DNA of 64,000 nt, taken from positions 1 to 64,000 of the IMG/VR virus record IMGVR_UViG_3300022744_000026; one strand, 5' to 3'. Position 1 is the first letter of the stretch, and each line of letters starts with the position of its first letter. The position numbers and the translations under genes were made by a program. Shown piece after piece: positions 37,299 to 47,560 of the stretch. The notes beneath the pieces were generated by a model that worked only from the letters and a program-made list of their open reading frames with translations, did no database searches and was not told where the DNA came from. This DNA is from a virus.

Positions 37299-38438
37299 AT
37301 GGCCCTACTTTTCGACCTCGCAGCCCTATCCGCACGCCAGACCGACGCGGTCCTGCATGACATTTTCTGCAAGGCCCACGGGCACGAGGGCGACGGCGAT
37401 GGGATATGGGCACCGGTCGACAACCCGTTTCTGGAGCGGATCGTTCAGCTATTCAGCGACCGTGGCCTGATGCGGATCGGAAGGCTGCGCGACGAGCTGC
37501 AGGCGTGGCTGGCTGGGGACCGGCACCAGGCCGGCGAGGCGAAGCCGCGCCCGCCGACAGATCGCGTCGTCTGGACGGATCAGGAGCTTGGCGTGGTGCG
37601 CCTGTACCTGCGCTCTCTGCCGCCAGACGCATGGACGATTGACGATCACATGCTGCTGGTGGACTTCCTGCACCAGCGCTACATGAGCCCGGACGACCTG
37701 CGCACGGAGGCCGATTGGCTGGCGAGCCGGTCCGTCCTCATGGGGCGCGTGCAGTCGCAGATGGACACGCTGACGACCAAGCAGGCTGACGCCGTACTGG
37801 CGGCAGAGTCCGTCCCGGCATGGCCTGAACTCGCCGGGCAGGTGCTGTCATTCGCCCGCAACCGCTGCGCCGATGCCGTCACCAGGGTGAGCGAAGGCAT
37901 GCGGCTGCAACTGCGCCAGACGATCGCTCAGGAGGTGGAGCAGGCGCACCTGGCGGGGCGGCCGGTGTGGTCGACGGCGCTTCAGACGAGGCTGCAGGAT
38001 GAGTACATGGTGCAGAACAGGGACTGGCGGCGCGTGGCGCTCACCGAGTCAGCCGAGGCGCTGAATCAGGGGTTCGTGGCCTGCCAGGAGCCGGGCCAGA
38101 AGCTCAAGCGGGTGGAGCAGTACAAGGGCGTCTGCGCGTGGTGCGCGAAGATCGACGGGCGGGTGATGGAGGTGGTTGACCCGAGTGAGCCGGAGAAGGA
38201 TGGGGAGAGGCAAATTTGGGTCGGGAAAACGAACGTCGGCCGAAGCGTGGCGCCTCGCAAGCGCGTGGGTGATCTGCTGGTGGAGCGTGAGCCGGATGAG
38301 CTATACCATATCGCTTCCGGCGCCCAACATCCAAATTGCAGAGGCAGATGGGTTCCCGTCATCACCGACAAGCCCGGTGACGACCCTCAGTTCGGAGACT
38401 GGTTGCGGGCTACTTTGCAGGGCGTGACGGCAGCATAG
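37299..38438 (+). CDS. Head morphogenesis protein (MuF/SPP1 gp7-like)
   Basis: RDWRRVALTE, CAWC, HPNCRG; late motif upstream. Confidence 0.8.
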   Translation: MALLFDLAALSARQTDAVLHDIFCKAHGHEGDGDGIWAPVDNPFLERIVQLFSDRGLMRIGRLRDELQAWLAGDRHQAGEAKPRPPTDRVVWTDQELGVVRLYLRSLPPDAWTIDDHMLLVDFLHQRYMSPDDLRTEADWLASRSVLMGRVQSQMDTLTTKQADAVLAAESVPAWPELAGQVLSFARNRCADAVTRVSEGMRLQLRQTIAQEVEQAHLAGRPVWSTALQTRLQDEYMVQNRDWRRVALTESAEALNQGFVACQEPGQKLKRVEQYKGVCAWCAKIDGRVMEVVDPSEPEKDGERQIWVGKTNVGRSVAPRKRVGDLLVEREPDELYHIASGAQHPNCRGRWVPVITDKPGDDPQFGDWLRATLQGVTAA

Positions 38439-38442
38439 GGCT

Positions 38443-39837
38443 ATGGCCAAGCCCGCCCCTCTCTACGTCCACCGCCCTGTCACCAACGCTGCGGACTTGG
38501 TGGCGTGGGCCCGCTCGCAGGGATTCAAGAGCCCCATGCCAGCCGAGAAGTGGCACGTGACGCAGGCATACAGCCGCAAGCCGGTGGACTGGCACGCGGC
38601 TGGTGACTCGTTCGACAAGTTGAAGGCCAGCGGCGGCGCGCGCACCGTGTCGCCTCTCGGCAAAGACGGCGCCGTGGTGCTGCACTTCGATAGCGCCGAC
38701 CTGCGCCGCCGCTGGCGCGAGTTCCGCGACGCTGGCGCCTCATGGGACTACGATGCCTACCGGCCGCACGTGACCATCACCTACGACGGCGGCGACGTGG
38801 ATCTGTCCAAGGTCGAACCCTACACAGGGCCGATCGAGTTCGGCCCCGAGGTGTTCGAGGCACTGAAGGAGAACCCGATGGCGAAGGCCCTTCCGTTGGT
38901 ACTGCTCTTCAAGTCCATGGTCCCCACCTACACCCGCCACGACGGCACCGTAGTCCAGGCCCACAGCACCAAGGTCCAGCGCCGAGCCAGCGCGCACCCT
39001 GGGCAAGGCGACCTGTTCCGCGAACCGTCCAAGCCGCTGGGGCCGAACCCCTACAAAGGCAAAGGCCCTGTGAAAGACACTGGTGATCTATTCGCTGACA
39101 CGGATGAGCGGCAAGCCAAACCACGGGCGCCTGCCACGGAAACGCCGGAGTTTAAGAAGTGGTTCGGCAATTCAAAGGTTGTGGACAAGGATGGGAAGCC
39201 GCTGGTGGTGTATCACGGCACCAAGTCAGATTTTGGTGCTTTCGATCTGAAGCGCGCAGGAGCAAGCGATGATGGACTGGCTGGCCGAGCTTTTTACCTG
39301 ACCTACAACCCGGAAGAAGCAAGCGGATACGCGGAGGGTGATAACTTCGGCAGAGGTGACTCACCGAACGTGATGCCTGTTTTTGTGTCCATGCAAAACC
39401 CTTTGCGTATCGTTGACGGCAAGCTGCCGGATGGGCGGAGTGTTATGTCTGTGCATAATGGGTTTGGCTCTGGCATCAATAGCAAAGGCGGCGCAGAGGT
39501 GCAGCGCATCGCCAATGAAGGCGGACATGACGGCGTCATGTGGGTCCGCCGCGATGGCGGTGTCGGGCATGTTGCTGTTTTTAGACCCAACCAAATCAAA
39601 TCTGCAACCGGCAACCGTGGCACCTTCGACCCCAGTGAGGCCGACATAACCAAGGCCCTTGCTGGCGCCAGGGTGGTGCTGCGCAAGTCAGGCGACCAGC
39701 AACTGGATGCACTGATCGCCGAGCACGAGCGGCTGGTGGGTGTGCTGAATTCGCCAGACCACGCCGACGACCGGCGAGAGGCCAAGAAGCAGGCGCGCGA
39801 GCTGGCGGGCTATCGGCGCGAGCGGCAGGCGCAATGA
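38443..39837 (+). CDS. Fusion: Acb1/T4 gp57B-like 2H phosphoesterase + polyvalent-type ADP-ribosyltransferase
   Basis: HVTQAYS and PHVTITY (two HxT motifs); ETPEFKKWFGNSKVVD.DG.PLVVYHGT...FY.T...A.GYA...NQIKSATGNRGTFD. Confidence 0.8.
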   Translation: MAKPAPLYVHRPVTNAADLVAWARSQGFKSPMPAEKWHVTQAYSRKPVDWHAAGDSFDKLKASGGARTVSPLGKDGAVVLHFDSADLRRRWREFRDAGASWDYDAYRPHVTITYDGGDVDLSKVEPYTGPIEFGPEVFEALKENPMAKALPLVLLFKSMVPTYTRHDGTVVQAHSTKVQRRASAHPGQGDLFREPSKPLGPNPYKGKGPVKDTGDLFADTDERQAKPRAPATETPEFKKWFGNSKVVDKDGKPLVVYHGTKSDFGAFDLKRAGASDDGLAGRAFYLTYNPEEASGYAEGDNFGRGDSPNVMPVFVSMQNPLRIVDGKLPDGRSVMSVHNGFGSGINSKGGAEVQRIANEGGHDGVMWVRRDGGVGHVAVFRPNQIKSATGNRGTFDPSEADITKALAGARVVLRKSGDQQLDALIAEHERLVGVLNSPDHADDRREAKKQARELAGYRRERQAQ

Positions 39838-40040
39838 CGCAGGGCTGGCACCCGCGCGAAGTCACCCAAGCCTGGGCCGTCATCTGGCCGGACGGGCGAA
39901 TGCTTGCAGACACCAGCTTCAACGACGAGCAGCACGCTTGGCAGGTCTGCCTGGGTTGGCCGGATGCCGACGAGATCGAAGCGGCCAAGCGCAGGGGCGC
40001 AAGAGCAGTTCGAGTGACCGTCGTCGCGCCGGCATCGTGA
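39834..40040 (+). CDS. Hypothetical protein
   Basis: 68-aa coupled ORF. Confidence 0.5.
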   Translation: MTQGWHPREVTQAWAVIWPDGRMLADTSFNDEQHAWQVCLGWPDADEIEAAKRRGARAVRVTVVAPAS

Positions 40041-40075
40041 CCCCACACTAGGCCCCGCACCAAGCGAGGCCACGC

Positions 40076-43000
40076 ATGCTCATCCTGTTCGCCAAGTCCC
40101 AGCAGTCCCTGTTCGTCAACATCCCCGTGCACGTCAAGGGCACCGTCCGCAAGGACGGCACGCGGGTGGCGGACCACATGAGCATGCGGCGCAAGAAGCT
40201 GGAGCCGCACCAGGCGGCTGAGCACCACCAGGCAGGGCTGTTCGGGGACGCAGAGCACCACGCCGCGCCGGCTGGGCCGAAGCTGGGCGCCAAGCTGACT
40301 AAGTTCCTGCAGCGCCACGGCGGCGCGGCCCGCATGGCGGACACGCTGGCGGGGTTCACGCCTGAGCAGCGCGCGAAGATGCTGGACATGATGGCGGTGC
40401 TGGGGGGTGTGTCGGCGAATGAGGTGCATCAGGCGCTGAGTGCGCATGGCGCAGATCAGCCCACTGGCCACACCGAGCCCACCAGCCCTGCCGAGCCCGA
40501 CCTGTTCTCCCAACCCGCCGAGGCCAGCGCCCAGGCGCCCGCCGCACCCGCGGCCACCACCCCGGAGTCCACCCCCACCCATGTGCCCGAACCTGCGAAA
40601 GCTGCAGAAGAAACAAGCGCGGCGCCTGCGCCGAAAGCAGACCCTGAAGGCGGCGTCGTCAGCAATGGGACTGGTGCAGCGGCAGTAGCCGACCATGGCC
40701 CGCGCGACGGCGACCGCAATGCGGAAGGGTTGGTGTTCAAGGATGGCCGCTGGCACAGGGAGGAGCCCGCGGCCGAGCAACATGCACCAACCACGCCGGC
40801 CACCCCCGCCCTGACCACCTACACCACCGCCAAAGGCAAGACCCTAACCGGCGTGGTGCGCGCCGACCTGACCAAGGAGCAGGCGCAGGCGATCGATCCG
40901 TACACGTTCCGGCACCAGGGCGGATGGTTCATCCGCGAGAAGCACCTGAGCGCAGCGCCGGCCACGTCAGCCGCGCCCGCCACCGATATCGCCACTGCGC
41001 CGGCTGCTGCCGCCCCCGCCGCACCTCCCGAACCAGCCCGCCCCTCCGGCGCCAAGCTCCGCACCGCCGGCCAAGCCCTGACCGAGAAGGCCGAAGCCGA
41101 AGCCAACCGCGACCGCAACACCAACACCGCGCGGCGCGCCCGCATGGCATCCAGCGCCGAGGCCGACGCCCGCGCGCAAGCCGCCATCGGCCGCACTATG
41201 GTCAACCTCGCCGACGCCATCGACGCCGGCCAGGCTCACCACCTGAACGGTGTGACAAGCCGCGCGGCTGTCGAGACGCTGGACCTGATCCTGCGCCGGG
41301 CGATGCATGCGGCCGACCGCAATCTGAGCTACGCCGACTCGCAGGCTCGCAAGGGCCGCCCGCCCGAGCCCGACGACATCCGCGCTGCCGTGATGCCGAC
41401 GATCACGCTGCACCCGAGCGTGGCCGCTGACCTGGCGAAGGCGCTGGCGGGCGTGAAGGGTGCGGCAAAGGTAGCAGGCCGGCTACACCGGAGTGCCACG
41501 GATGGCGGATCTCTGGTGTGGCTGTCGCAGGATGACGCGCAAGAGCTTTCCGACAAGCTCAAGGCGGCCGGCAAGGAAAGCCTGGCCAAGTGGCACCTGG
41601 GCGAGCAACTGAGCACCGTGAAGCGCCTGGGCGCCATGGGCATCAAGACCGACGCCGACCTGCGCCTGGCGCTGGCCGAGTACGTCATGTACCGCGACGG
41701 CCCGAAGGCTGCCGACCCGATCAAGGCGGCCGAGCGCGCCCTGGTGGGTCAGAAGGTTGGCGTGGACTTCTTCCCGACGCCGAAGGCGCTGGCCGGGCGC
41801 ATGGCTGAGCTGGCGGGCGTGAAGCCGGGCATGTCGGTGCTGGAGCCGAGCGCCGGATCGGGCAACTTGGCCGACGCGGCGCGCGAGGCCGGCGGCGATG
41901 TGCACGCGATCGAGGTGTCGGACCGGTTGCGCAACCTGCTGGGCGCGAAGGGGCACAAGCTGGTGGGGCGCGACTTCTTGGAGCATGCGGCGCCAGGGCA
42001 GTACGGCGCGGTCCTGATGAACCCGCCGTTCGGCAACCGCCAAGATGCAGCCCACATCATGCACGCCTGGGACATGGTGGCGCCCGGAGGCAAGCTGGTG
42101 GCGATCGCCGGTGAAGGCGTGTTCGGTGGCAGCGACCGCAAGGCCGTCGAGTTCCGCGAGTGGCTGGAGGAGCACGGCGCCGACGTCGAGAAGCTGCCGG
42201 AGAACACGTTCCGCGACGCCGGCCTGCTGGCGCAGACGGGAGCAAATGCGCGGCTGGTGGTGTTGACGAAGCCGGAGGCTACGGCGGCGGCGCAGGCTGA
42301 CGCCGGGCCGCAGGAAGGCGAGCGCAACGCTGAGGGGCTGGTGTTCAGGGATGGGAGGTGGCATCGGGAGGAGGCTGAGCAGACCGCCGCGCCAGCCCCT
42401 GCCACCCCCGACCCCGCCATCACCCACGCCGAAGACAAAGCCGACCTCGCCGAGGAGTTGATGCGCAACCCGGAGTCGGAGCGGGCGAAGGAGTTGATTC
42501 AGAGGGTGGCGGCTGGGCCGAAGGCTGTGGAGCCTGCCGCGCCCGACCCGCTGACGATGACTCCAAAGCAGTACCACGAGGCCAAGCTGCGCCAGATGGC
42601 GGCGGGCAACGACATTGACTTGTCGGAGGTCCGTGAGATGTACGACACCGAAGCGGGCAAGAAGGCCAACGAACAAGAATGGGTCGACGGCATCATGTCG
42701 GCTGCGAAGGCTGGCAAGCCGTTGACTCGTGCTGCGCTGGACAAACTTCATGAGGCGAGGCCTGGGGCGGTTGGTCAGTTGGCCCACGACTATCCCGAGG
42801 CAAAAATTCCTTCTGGCTATCAAGTCCCTGACGCGCGCAAGTCAGAAGCAGATGAGCAAGCCGCTCGCGTGGCGAATCGGAAAGCCATCAAGCAGGAAAG
42901 CAAGGCTCGACGGGGTGGTGCACCCACCCCCGACGACCTCGACCCCACCAGCCCCAACTACCGCTACCGCGACACCGGCCAGATCGCCGGCAGCCGCAAG

Positions 43001-45079
43001 GAGCAGGCTGCAGCGCAGATCCGCGCCGCCGGCCGCACTGGTGCGCGCCTGCGGATGACGGACGTGGACTGGAACGAGATCGAGGCCAACCCGCGCGAGG
43101 CCGAGGAGTTGATCACCAAGTCGAACCTGTTCGGCAAGGTCGACTGGACCGGCCTGCGCGAGCAGGGCATGGAGCCGGGCGCGGGGTTCTTGTTGGACCG
43201 CGTGTATGCCAGCGTGGGCACCGAGCCCAGCGAAGCCACGCCGCAGGCCCGCAAGGACTACGCCCTTGGCCTGGAGACGCTGCGCGACCGCATGGAGCGC
43301 TGCAAGACGCCGGACGAGGTTACCAAAGTCCTGAACGACATCCGTGAAGAAATTCAGGGTGTGATGATGTCGGCGGGTGAGTCTGAGGAGTATCAGGCTG
43401 CGGTCGCCGAGGCGCGTGCACTGGGGGACAAGGCGAAGGCGGCTGAAGAAGCCAAGAATGCGGTATACAAAGAGTGGAGCAACGCTCAGAGCGCCGCCAG
43501 CAGCGCGAAGTACGAGCAGGAGAAGCGCCAGCGCCGCGGCTGGAAGCCAGACCCTGAGCTTGACGCCAGGGTCACCAGCCTGACCAAGCTCACCGAGGAC
43601 AAGCACGCAGCTTACATGGCGTACATCGCCGATCACCCCGAGCTAAGCGCCACCAAGCGCGACCACGGCGGCGGCTTCGTGTCCTATGACAACGACATGG
43701 AGTGGGCTGCCAGGCAGGCATGGTCTCGCGTGGCCGCTGTGAAGGCTGCCGCCAAGTCGCGCAACCTGATCGAGAACCCCATGACTCGCGCATGGTCGCG
43801 CCTGGGCGAAAAGTTCCTGCGCGTCGTCCACTACCGCACCCACAAGGGCAGCGAGGCATTCCAAGGCCACGTTGCCAGCGCCAAGCTGGGCAAGGTGAAG
43901 GACTGGTCCTGGGCCGAGAAGGACACAGCAGCGCCGGCACCGCGCGCCAACAAGCGCGAGCAGGGATTCCAACTGGCCGTGGCCGAGAAGTTCGACCGCA
44001 AGGGCGGCCGGGCGGTGAAGGCCGACAGCAGCATGGGGCTGAAGTCGGCGTTCGGCCTGCGCGACGTGCAGTCAGGCAACTGGGTCTTGAATGACCCTGC
44101 GTCGGCCGCGTGGCACCACCAGAAGACCGCCGAGGCGTTCGCTGACCTGGCGGACCTGCTGGGTGTGCCCGACGCGCACGTGAGCGCGAATGGCCGACTG
44201 GCGATCGCGTTCGGCGCGCGAGGCAAGGGCAATGCAGGGTTCGGTGGCGCAGCGCGGGCTCATTACGAGCCGGTGCAGCGCGTCATCAACCTGACGAAGA
44301 TGGGCGGCGGCGGCGCCCTGGGCCACGAGTGGTTCCACGCCATCGACAACATGGCGAAGGAGGCCGAAGGCAGCGGCGCGGCGGGCGCTGGTGAGTTCGC
44401 CAGCGAGAACCCCAGCCTGCTGCCGCCGGGCGAGCTGCGCGACGCCTTCACGGCCCTGCGCGACGCCATCACCACGGGACCGCACCAGCACGCGCAGGAG
44501 GTGACCTACACCGACCGCGACGTGAAGCTGGCGCGCTACAACATCGACCACCAGACCTACGGCAGCAGCATCGCCAGGTCGATCAAGGTGGCAGGCGGCG
44601 CCGATGCCGCGGTGAAGGCCGTTGAGGACCACTTCTCCAGCCGCTACCCGAAGGGTCTGGACAAGAAGGCCACCAAGCAGCGAGACCAATGGGTGACGCT
44701 GGCGGCTGCGTACCACGGCGGGCAAGAGGCCGGCGGGTCGGTGGTGGTGAAGCGTGGCCGCTCGATGAGCAGCTTCCAGCTTGAGGCGCAGAAGCTCGAC
44801 GGCGGGCAAGCCGGCAAGTACTGGAGCGAGCACCGCGAGATGGCCGCGCGGGCGTTCCAGTCATGGTGCGAGGACCGGCTTGCGGCGCGCGGTCAGCAGA
44901 ACGATTACCTGTCCGTCTACGCCGACAACAAGTACCACGTCGACCCGCTGTTCGGCCCGCAGTACCCGTACCCTGCCGGCGAGGAGCGCGAGCGCATCAA
45001 CGCGGCGTTTGATCGGGTGGCGGCGGCGATGCGCAAGAGTGGGACGCTGGCGAAAGCGTGGGGGTTGCAGGCTGCGTGA
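40076..45079 (+). CDS. Large polyvalent protein: N6-adenine MTase + zincin-like/LPD1 region
   Basis: FFPTP, VLEPSAGSG, MNPPF; LGHEWFHAID; YW...EMAARAF...YP.GEER..IN.AFD. Confidence 0.85.
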   Translation: MLILFAKSQQSLFVNIPVHVKGTVRKDGTRVADHMSMRRKKLEPHQAAEHHQAGLFGDAEHHAAPAGPKLGAKLTKFLQRHGGAARMADTLAGFTPEQRAKMLDMMAVLGGVSANEVHQALSAHGADQPTGHTEPTSPAEPDLFSQPAEASAQAPAAPAATTPESTPTHVPEPAKAAEETSAAPAPKADPEGGVVSNGTGAAAVADHGPRDGDRNAEGLVFKDGRWHREEPAAEQHAPTTPATPALTTYTTAKGKTLTGVVRADLTKEQAQAIDPYTFRHQGGWFIREKHLSAAPATSAAPATDIATAPAAAAPAAPPEPARPSGAKLRTAGQALTEKAEAEANRDRNTNTARRARMASSAEADARAQAAIGRTMVNLADAIDAGQAHHLNGVTSRAAVETLDLILRRAMHAADRNLSYADSQARKGRPPEPDDIRAAVMPTITLHPSVAADLAKALAGVKGAAKVAGRLHRSATDGGSLVWLSQDDAQELSDKLKAAGKESLAKWHLGEQLSTVKRLGAMGIKTDADLRLALAEYVMYRDGPKAADPIKAAERALVGQKVGVDFFPTPKALAGRMAELAGVKPGMSVLEPSAGSGNLADAAREAGGDVHAIEVSDRLRNLLGAKGHKLVGRDFLEHAAPGQYGAVLMNPPFGNRQDAAHIMHAWDMVAPGGKLVAIAGEGVFGGSDRKAVEFREWLEEHGADVEKLPENTFRDAGLLAQTGANARLVVLTKPEATAAAQADAGPQEGERNAEGLVFRDGRWHREEAEQTAAPAPATPDPAITHAEDKADLAEELMRNPESERAKELIQRVAAGPKAVEPAAPDPLTMTPKQYHEAKLRQMAAGNDIDLSEVREMYDTEAGKKANEQEWVDGIMSAAKAGKPLTRAALDKLHEARPGAVGQLAHDYPEAKIPSGYQVPDARKSEADEQAARVANRKAIKQESKARRGGAPTPDDLDPTSPNYRYRDTGQIAGSRKEQAAAQIRAAGRTGARLRMTDVDWNEIEANPREAEELITKSNLFGKVDWTGLREQGMEPGAGFLLDRVYASVGTEPSEATPQARKDYALGLETLRDRMERCKTPDEVTKVLNDIREEIQGVMMSAGESEEYQAAVAEARALGDKAKAAEEAKNAVYKEWSNAQSAASSAKYEQEKRQRRGWKPDPELDARVTSLTKLTEDKHAAYMAYIADHPELSATKRDHGGGFVSYDNDMEWAARQAWSRVAAVKAAAKSRNLIENPMTRAWSRLGEKFLRVVHYRTHKGSEAFQGHVASAKLGKVKDWSWAEKDTAAPAPRANKREQGFQLAVAEKFDRKGGRAVKADSSMGLKSAFGLRDVQSGNWVLNDPASAAWHHQKTAEAFADLADLLGVPDAHVSANGRLAIAFGARGKGNAGFGGAARAHYEPVQRVINLTKMGGGGALGHEWFHAIDNMAKEAEGSGAAGAGEFASENPSLLPPGELRDAFTALRDAITTGPHQHAQEVTYTDRDVKLARYNIDHQTYGSSIARSIKVAGGADAAVKAVEDHFSSRYPKGLDKKATKQRDQWVTLAAAYHGGQEAGGSVVVKRGRSMSSFQLEAQKLDGGQAGKYWSEHREMAARAFQSWCEDRLAARGQQNDYLSVYADNKYHVDPLFGPQYPYPAGEERERINAAFDRVAAAMRKSGTLAKAWGLQAA

Positions 45080-45284
45080 CAGCCTCCAGCGCCGCCATCA
45101 TCCGCTCGAACTCTGCCACCAGCTCCAGCACTGCGCTGGCGCGCAGGCTGACCATCGCCGAGCCGCGCGCAGCGGCCCTGGCGGTGGATCTGCTGCGACC
45201 CTGAAGCAGGCCCACGTCGAAGGCGCTCTCGATCTCCGCGCGGGCCTTGGCGCGCATGCGGATCAGGTCGGCGCGGGATGTCAT
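44997..45284 (-). CDS. Hypothetical protein
   Basis: Last gene of the leftward island; 3' end overlaps the convergent gene. Confidence 0.45.
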   Translation of the reverse strand: MTSRADLIRMRAKARAEIESAFDVGLLQGRSRSTARAAARGSAMVSLRASAVLELVAEFERMMAALEAVTQPATPTLSPASHSCASPPPPDQTPR

Positions 45285-45607
45285 GGGATGGGCCAGCCAT
45301 CGCCGAAAAGCACCTCGATCATGTCCGCTGCCTGCAGCCTGGCAGCGCGCACATGATTCTCGCTGAGTCCGTGGGGGTTGCGCAGCGTGTGCAGCAGCGT
45401 TGCCTTGTCCATCGTAATCTCCGGCTCGCGCACCGCATGCAGCGCCTTCACCGGGTAAATCTGCACCGAGCCCGGGTGCGCGAAGCTCTCGACGGCGACG
45501 CCTTCGCTGGTCAGGTTGGTGTTGTAGTTGCCGACGACGCGGCCGACCCAGTCGCTGCCGCTTGACTTTGAGACAAAGGTGCCAGGGTGGAATTTGGGGG
45601 TGGTCAT
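45281..45607 (-). CDS. DfrB (R67 type II dihydrofolate reductase) homologue with C-terminal extension
   Basis: [45 protein letters not shown] aligns by eye to R67 [45 protein letters not shown]. Confidence 0.85.
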   Translation of the reverse strand: MTTPKFHPGTFVSKSSGSDWVGRVVGNYNTNLTSEGVAVESFAHPGSVQIYPVKALHAVREPEITMDKATLLHTLRNPHGLSENHVRAARLQAADMIEVLFGDGWPIP

Positions 45608-45620
45608 GGGGATCTGCTGG

Positions 45621-46277
45621 CTAAGCTGCGTGGGAGACTGCAGTTTTGGATTTGTCGTATTGCTCGACAGCCCACACCAGCGCAAAGCAGCACCACATGA
45701 AGCTGTGCGTATAGCGCTTGAAAGCGTGTTCACTGTCAAAAATATCATCGAACTGGCATCTGGCGCTGCCATCGCGCCAACTGAAGTCGTAGGCCGCCAC
45801 GGGGCCGCGATGCTCATCGTCGGAGTAATCCAGCACACTGCGGTCGACCGACTCCCATAGATCGCGCCGCTGGTCCTTGGTGGTGCTATACCAGTTGTCG
45901 CGCACCCATTCTCGGCGGTGTCGGCGGATCTCGTCAGCAAAGCCATCGGGGTCGTACTCGCGGGCGCCGCCGCGTTCTGACGCCTTGAGCTTTTCGGCCC
46001 AGTACCGCAGATCGATGCGGTACTTCCGCTCGCCGGCCGGTCGGCGGAAGAATTCGAGCATGTCATGCGTGCGCTCGAACACGAAGTCACCCATATCTCC
46101 GCGGTACAGCAGTCCACCAGGGTAGGTGATCAGGTGAAAGCTGTATGGTGTGCCACCGTCCGCATGACCGAACCGAAGATGGCGGTACACGCCAGCATCG
46201 TGCAGGACTGTCATTTGGTGGTCGTAGGTGTCTCTCCGAAAGTTGGTCAGGACCTTGTCGTATCTGTCTTGCTTCAT
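45621..46277 (-). CDS. Conserved phage protein
   Basis: [15 protein letters not shown]...[15 protein letters not shown]...YWAEK. Confidence 0.75.
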   Translation of the reverse strand: MKQDRYDKVLTNFRRDTYDHQMTVLHDAGVYRHLRFGHADGGTPYSFHLITYPGGLLYRGDMGDFVFERTHDMLEFFRRPAGERKYRIDLRYWAEKLKASERGGAREYDPDGFADEIRRHRREWVRDNWYSTTKDQRRDLWESVDRSVLDYSDDEHRGPVAAYDFSWRDGSARCQFDDIFDSEHAFKRYTHSFMWCCFALVWAVEQYDKSKTAVSHAA

Positions 46278-46630
46278 GGTGTCGGTGTTGTGAGGTAGGT
46301 AGTGGCTCGGTATGGATCGGGCGTCAAATGCGCCCGCGTGGTGTAGCTCAGCCAGCCGTTGACCGAGTGCATGGGGATGTCGTAGCCGGCCGCCAGCATG
46401 GCAGCGTGCACGGCGTTCGGCGGCATCCTGGCGCCGAGCCGGCGCACCTCCAGCACGACGGCGTCGGGGAACTTGACGGCAGGATGCGCGCCAGCGGCGC
46501 GAACCTTGGGGCCGTGCACCACAGTGGGCTTGCGTGGCGCCTTGGGCTCGGAGAGTGCTTCCGATAGGCTCGGGCGGATCTCGGGTAGGGCGCGGAACTG
46601 GCGGTGGGTGCCTTGAGGGGAGCGGCTCAT
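46274..46630 (-). CDS. Hypothetical, possible HTH
   Basis: HPAVKFPD..VLEVRRL...SVNGWL. Confidence 0.5.
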   Translation of the reverse strand: MSRSPQGTHRQFRALPEIRPSLSEALSEPKAPRKPTVVHGPKVRAAGAHPAVKFPDAVVLEVRRLGARMPPNAVHAAMLAAGYDIPMHSVNGWLSYTTRAHLTPDPYRATTYLTTPTP

Positions 46631-46950
46631 GGCATCGCTGCGCCGATCTCGGCGGCGGCGCGGAGGATGGCGAGGCGGGTAGCGGCCGTTGGGTCGTTGC
46701 CGTGGTCTTCCGTCAGGTTGTCTCCAGAGTCAGGCCCGGTTCGATAGCCGACCATCACATGCGGCGGGTAGCTCGTGTTGATCCACTGCGTGACGCACAT
46801 GCTGAGCCTCACCGCCAGCCGCAGCGCGTCGCCGTCATCGTCGCGTGGGTTCCACCCAGCGCGCGGCAAGTCGGACGCACATTCGAACTCCTCGGACCAG
46901 TACCCCGCAGCCTTCGCAGCCAAATCCAGCATCTCCCGCTCAGTCCTCAT
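46627..46950 (-). CDS. Conserved phage protein
   Basis: REMLDLAAKAAG...WNP..DDGDALRLAV...ATRLAILRAAAEIG. Confidence 0.75.
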   Translation of the reverse strand: MRTEREMLDLAAKAAGYWSEEFECASDLPRAGWNPRDDDGDALRLAVRLSMCVTQWINTSYPPHVMVGYRTGPDSGDNLTEDHGNDPTAATRLAILRAAAEIGAAMP

Positions 46951-47117
46951 TTCCTACCTCCAGTCACCCGCACATTCACCACCCGCACCACCAGTCCCGC
47001 CAAGATGCAGGCATAGAAGTACAGCGTTCCCAGCGCCTTGTTGCCGAACAGGCTGGCGCCGCCAAACATCACTGCCAGCACGAGGGCGCCGGCCACCAGT
47101 TGGTCAGTCCGGCGCAT
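46947..47117 (-). CDS. Small two-TM membrane protein
   Basis: Hydrophobic ORF. Confidence 0.45.
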   Translation of the reverse strand: MRRTDQLVAGALVLAVMFGGASLFGNKALGTLYFYACILAGLVVRVVNVRVTGGRK

Positions 47118-47239
47118 TGCCTTCATCCTGCGGCTCGTAGCCGTCTTCGTCCTTCGGATCGGGGTCCATGTGTGCCTCCATGTTGTGTGGGTGCAGTGTA
47201 GCGATTTTGATGATGTTGTGCGGCTTGTTACAAGTTGAC

Positions 47240-47560
47240 GCAAGGCCGGTAATGGCTGGCAGGGGCAGAACTGACCCCGGTTAGACACTCGGTAATTTGA
47301 AAACGGCCCGTCTACACTAGGCGTTTTCAATTGCTGCGCTGCACCATTACCGGATTACCAGTTACCCGCACAAGACATATAGAAAGACACATAGAACATT
47401 CACTACATTCATTCATATTGTAGTTAGTGAATGAATATATAAATCTCTCATAGTATCTAGTATTATGGTAATAATGGTAATTTGGTATTGGTATAGAAGA
47501 AAAGACAATGAAATCAACAACTTAGCGAATTACCGGCAACCTAACCAAGCCTAACCGACG
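47240..47560. other. AT-rich origin-like element B, homologous to element A
   Basis: Same block order: TTACC x3, AAGACATATAGA, CATTCA..TGAATG, TCTCTCATAGT, GGTAA array, IHF consensus at 47512-47524. Confidence 0.6.
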
